Assembly: GCA_963827705.1 (NCBI GenBank)
Contig: CAWHBN010000001.1
Span: forward strand, 41,973-105,972
DNA length: 64,000 nucleotides
Origin: an uncultured Actinomycetes bacterium
GTDB lineage: Bacteria; Actinomycetota; Thermoleophilia; Gaiellales; Gaiellaceae
Direction of reading: 5' to 3'
Shown: in pieces, positions 54,780 to 61,400 of the stretch
Layout of the letters: each line of letters opens with the position of its first letter
Position numbering within the stretch: the first letter of the stretch is position 1
Notes under the pieces: generated by a model
Told to the model about the DNA's origin: nothing
The model's database searches: none
What the model saw: only the letters and a program-made list of their open reading frames with translations
Program-made: the position numbers and the translations under genes

Positions 54780-55460
54780 CTGCGCCTCCCCGACGACGAG
54801 GACGACGATGCCGCCTCCCAGCAGGCGGTGCGCCGCCGGGTGGAAGCCCGCCGCGCGAACACGTTCGGTGAGCTCGGCCGGGCCTGGGAATCGACGCACG
54901 CTCGCAGGAAGGTAGCCGTACGCGGCGCCGCCGGGGATCACCTTGCCGGCCAAGGGGACGAGCACGTCGAACCACGCCCTGTAGAAGAGGGCCAGCGGGC
55001 CTTTCGGCCGCACGATCTCAAGGATCGCCAGCCTGCCGCCCGACTTGAGCACCCGCCTGAGCTCGCGGAGCGAGAGGTCGAGATCGTCGACGTTTCGCAC
55101 GCCGAAGCCGACCGTCGCCGTGTCGAAAGAGCCGTTCCCGAAAGGCAGGTGCAGCAGGTCACCCTCGACCCACTCGATATCGGACGACTTGCGACGAGCT
55201 CGTTCGAGCATCGCCTCGGAGAAGTCGAGGCCGGTCACGGTCCCGCCCGCCGACCTGGCGGCCAGCGCGAGGTCGCCGGTCCCGCAGCAGGCGTCGAGCA
55301 CCCGGTCGCCCTGCGCGACCACGGCGTCGGCGGCGAGCCGCCGCCAACGCCGGTCTAGGCCGGCCGTCATCGCGTGGTTCATGGTGTCGTAGACCGGTGC
55401 GATCCGGTCGAACATCGTCCGGACGCCTTCGGCCGGGAAATGGCCGGTCCGCGCCGTCAC
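54776..55460 (-). CDS. menG: Demethylmenaquinone methyltransferase (UbiE/MenG); no in-frame stop before the next gene as sequenced
   Basis: GTG 55460. Motifs MFDRIAPVYDTMNHAMTAG, VLDACCGTGDL, FGVRNV. The frame runs ...LLGGGIVVLVVGEAQ directly into ATG 54779. Removing one G from the GGGG run would give VVGRRR-TGA with an ATGA overlap. Confidence 0.8.
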
Positions 55461-55465
55461 CGAAT

Positions 55466-56290
55466 CTACCCGGGGCCCTTGGAGGCCTCGAGGAAGGCCG
55501 CGATCTGCCCCAGCTGCTCCTCGCTCAGCGTCTCGCCGTAGACCGGCATCACCTGGTTGCCGAACTCCCGCGGGTTGGCGATGTACGCCTCCAGCCGCGC
55601 CGCGTCCATCTCGTTTCCGATCTCGGACAGATCGGGTGCGCCGAGGTTCGCGACGCCCGAGCCCAGGTAGATGTGGCAGTTCGTGCAGCCGGACTCGGCG
55701 AAGAGCTGGGCGCCCTCCTGCGCCTCCCCCTCCGGAATGTTGTTCTCCTCGATCCAGCGCGCCACGTCGCCCGTCGCTCCGGTGCCCTCCTCCGCGACCG
55801 CACCCTTGTAGGTCAGGACGCCCATCGTGACCACGGTGAGGAGCGCCGCGATCACGGCCACAGGCCGCCGGGAGAGCCGCCGCTCCTGCCGCCTGTCGAG
55901 GAACGGAAGCGCCAGCAGCAGGATCAACGCGATCGTCGGAATCCCGACCGTGCCGAGCACGACCGAGTCCGGCCACTTGAAGATCCGGAGCAGGTAGAAG
56001 AGGAAGTAGAAGTACCAGTCGGGCCGCGGGATGAAGCTCGTGGTGCCGGGGTCGGCCTTCTCCTCGTAGAGCACGCCGAGCCGCCCTGAGCCCGACGCAC
56101 CTTCCGGATCCGTCGCCTCCTCGGCCGTGAAGTACCACACGCAGGCGAGCCCGACGATGACCGTGACCACGACGAGGCTCATGACCACGTCGTGGAACAT
56201 CGCGTACGGGTGGAACTGCTTCCCGCGGGTCTCGACGTCCTCCTTGTAGCGTTTGAACTGCGCGCGGCGTTCGTCGGTCGCGCTACTCAC
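55466..56290 (-). CDS. qcrC: Menaquinol-cytochrome c reductase subunit IV fused to a mono-haem cytochrome c (Bacillus QcrC-type)
   Basis: GTG 56290 overlaps the qcrB stop. PRPDWYFYFLFYLLRIF is the cytochrome b C-terminal half (subunit IV) motif. The C-terminal CTNCH is followed by a Met in NQVMPVY. Confidence 0.85.
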   Translation of the reverse strand: MSSATDERRAQFKRYKEDVETRGKQFHPYAMFHDVVMSLVVVTVIVGLACVWYFTAEEATDPEGASGSGRLGVLYEEKADPGTTSFIPRPDWYFYFLFYLLRIFKWPDSVVLGTVGIPTIALILLLALPFLDRRQERRLSRRPVAVIAALLTVVTMGVLTYKGAVAEEGTGATGDVARWIEENNIPEGEAQEGAQLFAESGCTNCHIYLGSGVANLGAPDLSEIGNEMDAARLEAYIANPREFGNQVMPVYGETLSEEQLGQIAAFLEASKGPG

Positions 56291-57053
56291 TTCGCGGCCT
56301 CCCCCCACGCGGGCGAGGGCTGAGCAGCCCGCCGTCGCCGGTCGGCTGCGGCTCGGGCCGTTCCCGCCCGGCCTCCTCTTCCGACCACGGCGGCGAGACG
56401 ACACCGAGCCGGACGACGAGGTAGAGGTGCAGGAAGATCAGGCCGATGAGCGCCCCGGGGAGAAGGAGCATGTGCGTGGCGTAAAAGATCGTCAGCGTGT
56501 TCCCGCCGATCTCGTCACCCCCACGTAAGAACTGCGCGAGGAACGGGCCGACGAACGGCCCCGTCCCGTTCAGGTTGATGCCGACCTCGGTCGCCCAGTA
56601 CGCCGTTTGATCCCACGGGAGCAGGTACCCCGTAAAGCCCATGAGCAGCGCCAGCGGCAGGATCAGGACGCCGACGATCCAGTTCAGCTCACGCGGGTAC
56701 TTGTAGGCCCCGAACAGGAACACGCGGCCCATGTGGAGGAAGAGCAGGATGATGAAGACGCTCGCGCCCCACCGGTGCATCCCGCGAACGAGCCAGCCCA
56801 GCGTCACGTCGTGCGTGATGTGGCGGATCGACTCGTAGGCCTCGTCCGGCGTCGGCTTGTAGTACATCGCCAGGATTACGCCCGTCCCCAGCTGGACGAG
56901 AAATGCCGTCAGCGTCGCGGAGCCGAGCGTCTGGAACCAGTTGATGTCGGAAGGGACCTTCCTGAAGAGGAAGTACTTGACGCCGCCGGCGACCCCCGAC
57001 CGCTCCTCCAGCCAATTGACTGGGGCCATCACGATCTGGCCGACCTTGGCCAT
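56283..57053 (-). CDS. qcrB: Cytochrome b6-type subunit (N-terminal half of cytochrome b)
   Basis: Haem-ligand His pairs lie in RGMHRWGASVFIILLFLHMGRV and FYATHMLLLPGALIGLIFLHL. The PWDQ motif is present. The start is ATG 57053 (after AAGGGGA) or 57098. Confidence 0.85.
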   Translation of the reverse strand: MAKVGQIVMAPVNWLEERSGVAGGVKYFLFRKVPSDINWFQTLGSATLTAFLVQLGTGVILAMYYKPTPDEAYESIRHITHDVTLGWLVRGMHRWGASVFIILLFLHMGRVFLFGAYKYPRELNWIVGVLILPLALLMGFTGYLLPWDQTAYWATEVGINLNGTGPFVGPFLAQFLRGGDEIGGNTLTIFYATHMLLLPGALIGLIFLHLYLVVRLGVVSPPWSEEEAGRERPEPQPTGDGGLLSPRPRGGRPRSE

Positions 57054-57103
57054 GATCCCCTTGTTGCGGTGCCTGCTCGGAGGGGGGACGACGGCCACGA
57101 GCT

Positions 57104-58024
57104 CTAGTACTCCAGGTCTTTGGGCTGGATGGGGTACAGAAACGCGGAGAGGCCGTCGACGTGCTCGCCCGGCCCCTGCTTCTGATACGCGATGATCTTG
57201 GCGTCCGCCCCCTTGCCCTCGACCTCGCCGACGCTGTATGGCAGGAGCAGCTTGAGATTGCCGCCGGAGATCTCGAACGTGTAACGGTCGAGGGCGCGAA
57301 CGGGCGGCCCGGCGATCCGGTTGCCCTCGAGGTCGTACGCGCCGCCGTGGCAGGGGCAGCTGAAGTTCGCAGGCTGGACCGGGGTCACCGTCAATTCGCC
57401 CCCCTCGGTCTCACTCTCGACCGTCTCGGCGCGCTCGTCCTCGCGGGGGCCGCCGGCTTGGACCGGGCAGCCGAGGTGGACGCAGCGGTTGGAGAGGATG
57501 GTCATGTTCGGGGTGCCGTCCACGTCGCCGTTGGACCGGACGAACGCGGTCCGCCTCGACACCTCGCCCGAGCCCGGGTCGAGCAGGAACGTCGACTCAC
57601 GCCACTCGTTCTCCGGGTAGAGGTCCAGCGGCCCGAGGTCGGCCGGCTCCAGGTCCACTTTCTCGAAGGCCGGCAGGACGGCGAAGCCGAGGACCGGGAG
57701 CGTGACGATGCCCGCGATGACCGCACCGAGACCGAGCGTCGTCAGCTCGAGAAAGACGTTCCGCGGGTACTTCTCCTGCTCCGGCCCGTCGTCGGCGACG
57801 GCCGGAGCTTCGGGCTCGGGCCCGGGAGCCGGCTCGCGATCGGGCGCCATCACGTCGCGGGCCCAGAGGAAGCCGAAGATCACCGTGATGATCACGCCGG
57901 CGATGAGGGCGGGCCTGCTGACGACGAGCCCTACGAGGACACAGGCGATGCCGACGGCGAACCCGACCGGCCAGATGCTCGGCGATGGCAGATGCGGCTT
58001 GTTGTCTCCGCCGTGCGGATCCAG
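57104..58024 (-). CDS. qcrA: Rieske iron-sulfur subunit of the menaquinol-cytochrome c reductase; start probably non-canonical
   Basis: CVHLGCP ... CPCHGG. The frame is open to a TAG at 58058-58060 and encodes an N-terminal TM helix (PSIWPVGFAVGIACVLVGLVV) upstream of the first ATG/GTG/TTG (57895). CTG 58024 sits 6 nt after GAGGAGGG. Confidence 0.75.
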   Translation of the reverse strand: MDPHGGDNKPHLPSPSIWPVGFAVGIACVLVGLVVSRPALIAGVIITVIFGFLWARDVMAPDREPAPGPEPEAPAVADDGPEQEKYPRNVFLELTTLGLGAVIAGIVTLPVLGFAVLPAFEKVDLEPADLGPLDLYPENEWRESTFLLDPGSGEVSRRTAFVRSNGDVDGTPNMTILSNRCVHLGCPVQAGGPREDERAETVESETEGGELTVTPVQPANFSCPCHGGAYDLEGNRIAGPPVRALDRYTFEISGGNLKLLLPYSVGEVEGKGADAKIIAYQKQGPGEHVDGLSAFLYPIQPKDLEY

Positions 58025-58068
58025 TTCGAGCCCTCCTCGCTCTCGTCCGCGGCGAGTCTACGAGACGG

Positions 58069-58098
58069 ATTACAGCGGCGCGCAGCTCTCGGTGTCAA
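58069..58098 (-). promoter_or_regulatory. Candidate sigma-70-type promoter of the qcr-men operon
   Basis: On the minus strand: TTGACA (58098-58093), an 18-nt spacer, then TGTAAT (58074-58069), about 45 nt upstream of the proposed qcrA start. Confidence 0.35.
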
Positions 58099-58120
58099 CG
58101 ACGCAACAAACGCTGCAAGT

Positions 58121-60571
58121 TCAGTCTGGGGAGAGCGCGAGGTCGACGGCGTCCTCCAGCGAGAGCAGCCGGCCGGCTTCGCGTCCCGCTTCGAGCTCGG
58201 CGTCGGCGTGGGCGAAAACCATCCGCTCGTACTGCTCCCGCTCGTTTTCCCACTGGCCGATCGCGCCGCGCTCCTCCTCGGCCTCGACTGCACCCCAGAG
58301 CTGTCCCGCCCGTTCGCCATGTCCTCGCTCTGCCTCGAGTGCCGCGAGCATTGCCAGTCCGTATACGAGGAGCTGCCGGTCGCGGAGCGGCAGGAGGACG
58401 GCAAGCCCGTCTCGGATCCAGCCCTCGGCATCCTCCGAGCGACCTGCCTCGACGGCCAACTCGGCGAGGTCGAGAAGCCGCCCGCCCTGCCACCAGGTGA
58501 AGCCAACCTCAGCGGCAACCTCGACTGATTGCTCGAGGAGCTCGATGGCCTGGTCGGTGTTCCCCTCCTCGAAGGCGATCGATCCGAGGGTTGACAACGC
58601 AAATGCCTCCTCCCGCCGCGCCCCGAGCCCTGCAGCCATCGAACGTGCCTCCTCCGTTAGCACTCGGCCTCGCTCGAGATCTCCGATGCGGACGGCGTCG
58701 ACTGCCAGGCGGTGGAGCATGTGTGCGACGCCCAGCTCGTCTCCGAGGCTCCGGTAGAGGGCCAGACTCTCCTCGTAGAGGGCCATCCCCCGATCGAACT
58801 GACCGAGGATGTAGACCGCGCCGCCGTGGTCGCGCAGCGCGTCGGCACGAAGGCCCTGATCCACGTTGCCGGCGCCGGCGAGCAAGGCCCCGAACCACTG
58901 GTCGCCTTCGAATGGAGCCTCGGAGACCCAGAAGCGTGCAAGCGCGACGGCCAGCCGCAGCCCGAGCTCGATCTCGCGATTGTCGACGGCCCATTGGAGC
59001 GCGCCGCGGAGATTCGCCTGCTCCAGCCGGGCGATTTCCGGAGCATCTGGACCATCGTCGTCGCTGCCGAGCTTCGCTGACTGAGCGACGGCCAGGAAGT
59101 GCTCAGCGTGCCTCCGTTTGACCTCGCCGTCCTCGCCGGCTTCGCTCAGTCGTTCCGCCGCGAACTCGTGGATCGTCTCCAGCATCCCGAAGCGTCCACT
59201 CCCCCAGCGGCGAACGAGGCTCTTGTTGGTCAGCGACTGCAGGACGTCGAGATCGACGCCGCCGACCGGCGACACAGCACCAAGGTCGAAGCTGCCCGCG
59301 AACACCGCGAGCGAGCGGAAGGCGCGCTGCTCCTCCTCGGTCAGGAGCTCGTAGCTCCACTCGATCGCCGCGCGAAGCGTTCGTTGCCGTTCCGGGACAT
59401 CCCGCGCGCCGCCGGTCAGGAGCGGAAGCGCGCGCTCGAGCCGCGAAGCCAGGTCCTCCGCCGACAGGACGGACACTCGTGCGGCTGCGAGCTCGAGCGC
59501 GAGCGGAAGGCCATCGAGGCGGCGGCAGATCTCGCCCACCGCCGGGCTCGCCGAGAACCCGGGGTCGACTGCTCGAGCCCGCTCCAGGAAGAGGGTGATC
59601 GCGTCGTCGTCGGGCAGCGGGTCGACAGGAAACCGCTGCTCGCCGGCGAGGTTGAGCGGCTCGCGGCTGGTCGCGAGCATCTTTACGCCGCTCGTCTCAC
59701 GAAGCAGCGCGGCGAGGCCCGGCGCGGCCGCGAGGACCTGCTCGAGGTTGTCGAGGAGCAGAAGGGCCTTGCGGCCGCGAAGGAACTCAGCCGCCCCGTC
59801 CCTGGCCCCGACGTTCTGCGCGATCGTCGACTCGACGAGACGCGAGTCTGCGACGGCTTGGAGGGGCACCCAGAAGACACCACCCTCGAAGTCCTCGACT
59901 GCCTCGGCGGCAAGCTGGAGGGCTAGACGGGTCTTCCCCGAGCCGCCTGGGCCGACGAGCGTTACGAGTCGGTTCCCGCGAAGAAGCGCGCCGGCCTCCG
60001 CGAGCTCGCTGTCCCTGCCGACCAGCGGCGTCGGCTGTACGGGCAGATTCGTCTGGTGGAGCGTCTTGAGGGCCGGGAACTCTCCAGAGCCGAGTTGGAA
60101 CAAGCGCTGCGGCGCGGACAGGTCCTTGAGTCGATGCTCGCCGAGGTCCTGGAGCTCGAACGCCTCGTCCAGGAGGTCACGGGTCGTCTGCGAGAGCACG
60201 ACCTGGCCGCCGTGCCCCGCGGACATCACCCGAGCCGCCCGATGCACGTCCATCCCGATGTAGCCGGTGTCCGCCAGGAGTGGCTCACCCGTGTGGATCC
60301 CCATCCGCACACGAAGCCCGGTGTCCGCAAGTGCCTCCTGCGCTGAGGAGGCGGCGGCGACCGCGTCCGAGGCTCGGGCGAACGAGACGAAGAAGGCGTC
60401 GCCCTGCGTGTCGACTTCGACGCCACTGTGCTCCTCGATCGCCTTGCGGACGACGCGGTGGTGCTCGGCCAAGACCTCCGCGTAGCCTTCCCCCAACTCG
60501 TCGAGCAGCCGCGTGGAGCCCTCGATGTCCGTGAAGAGGAATGTGACGGTTCCGGTCGGCAGCTCCCGCAC
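58121..60571 (-). CDS. Class III adenylate/guanylate cyclase domain + STAND (NB-ARC/AAA) NTPase + TPR protein
   Basis: VTFLFTDIEGST...QGDAFF...GMDVHRAARV (cyclase fold), P-loop GPGGSGKTRLA, LLLLDNLEQV (Walker B), then TPR-like helices to the C-terminus. I see no LuxR helix-turn-helix. Confidence 0.85.
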   Translation of the reverse strand: MRELPTGTVTFLFTDIEGSTRLLDELGEGYAEVLAEHHRVVRKAIEEHSGVEVDTQGDAFFVSFARASDAVAAASSAQEALADTGLRVRMGIHTGEPLLADTGYIGMDVHRAARVMSAGHGGQVVLSQTTRDLLDEAFELQDLGEHRLKDLSAPQRLFQLGSGEFPALKTLHQTNLPVQPTPLVGRDSELAEAGALLRGNRLVTLVGPGGSGKTRLALQLAAEAVEDFEGGVFWVPLQAVADSRLVESTIAQNVGARDGAAEFLRGRKALLLLDNLEQVLAAAPGLAALLRETSGVKMLATSREPLNLAGEQRFPVDPLPDDDAITLFLERARAVDPGFSASPAVGEICRRLDGLPLALELAAARVSVLSAEDLASRLERALPLLTGGARDVPERQRTLRAAIEWSYELLTEEEQRAFRSLAVFAGSFDLGAVSPVGGVDLDVLQSLTNKSLVRRWGSGRFGMLETIHEFAAERLSEAGEDGEVKRRHAEHFLAVAQSAKLGSDDDGPDAPEIARLEQANLRGALQWAVDNREIELGLRLAVALARFWVSEAPFEGDQWFGALLAGAGNVDQGLRADALRDHGGAVYILGQFDRGMALYEESLALYRSLGDELGVAHMLHRLAVDAVRIGDLERGRVLTEEARSMAAGLGARREEAFALSTLGSIAFEEGNTDQAIELLEQSVEVAAEVGFTWWQGGRLLDLAELAVEAGRSEDAEGWIRDGLAVLLPLRDRQLLVYGLAMLAALEAERGHGERAGQLWGAVEAEEERGAIGQWENEREQYERMVFAHADAELEAGREAGRLLSLEDAVDLALSPD

Positions 60572-60622
60572 AGCCGTCCAAGTGAAGCGCCTTGGGGGCG
60601 AGAGTTCCAGTCCAGAGAGAGG

Positions 60623-61324
60623 CTAGGGCGCCCGCGCTGCCTCCGCGCGGTAGTGGCGCCAGCGACGGATGACCCAGACCGTCCCGACCAGCGCGTTGGC
60701 GCGGATGAGAAGGCCGTAGGCGACGTTGAAGGTCGTCAGCTCCGCCCCGGTCGGCCGGCCGATCCACTCGTCGGTCGCGGGCCAGCCGGAGTCCCATCCG
60801 TCTCCGGCCAGGCCGCGCGCGATCACGATCGCCCATCCGTACGTGGAGTCCCACGCCGCGTGCAGAGCGACAACGCCTGCGAACGTCCAGACGACTGGGG
60901 AGATCGGCGCGAAGCCGCCGCCACACCAGGCGGCGAAGATCGCGCCGCCGAGCAGGGAGGTCCAGGTCAGATGACCGAAAGGCGAGACGACGGCCCGCTG
61001 TGTCTCTACTCGAAAAGGCCGACGGCGACGAACGTCCCAGCCGCGTTCGGCAGGAAGTACGTGTCCGTTACCCCGCGAACACGGTTCCCAGAAGGCCGCC
61101 GCCGAGGAAGTCGACGATCACATGCTCCACCCTCAGATAGCCGTCGCCCGTTCGCGCCAGCGCGAAGAGGACGAGCGAGACGGGAACGAGAAAGCTGCCC
61201 AGCAGGACGACGTTCGGGATCAGGTGGTCGAGGTCGGTAAGGCCGGTGGCGACTGCGGTGACGAGCCAGATCGCGGCCCCGACGACCAGAACCCACGCCC
61301 AGAGCCAAAGAGGGCATCGGACAT
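60623..61324 (-). pseudogene. Decayed membrane-protein gene (PrsW-like intramembrane protease remnant, tentative) spread over at least 3 frames
   Basis: Four fragments: (1) MSDALFG; (2) LWLWAWVLVVGAAIWLVTAVA...LLGSFLVPVSLVLFALAR...FLGGGLLGTVFAG then TAA; (3) VTDTYFLPNAAGTFVAVGLFE then TAG; (4) ETQRAVVSPFGHLTWTSLLGGAIFAAW...VWVIRRWRHYRAEAARAP. All are hydrophobic and collinear but in different frames. The GFGF..EN-type middle region expected for PrsW is missing. Confidence 0.5.
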
Positions 61325-61400
61325 GGAGTCACGGCACGCCGCGCGGCGGCGTCCCTCGTCATCCCAACCGGACGATCTGGGCCGACGCTGCTAGCGCAGG

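Noticed and set aside
55461-56138. N-terminal third of the 757-aa ORF 53865..56138
   Set aside because: It is an out-of-frame shadow of qcrC (55466-56290). The real coding content of this frame starts at GTG 55460 (menG).
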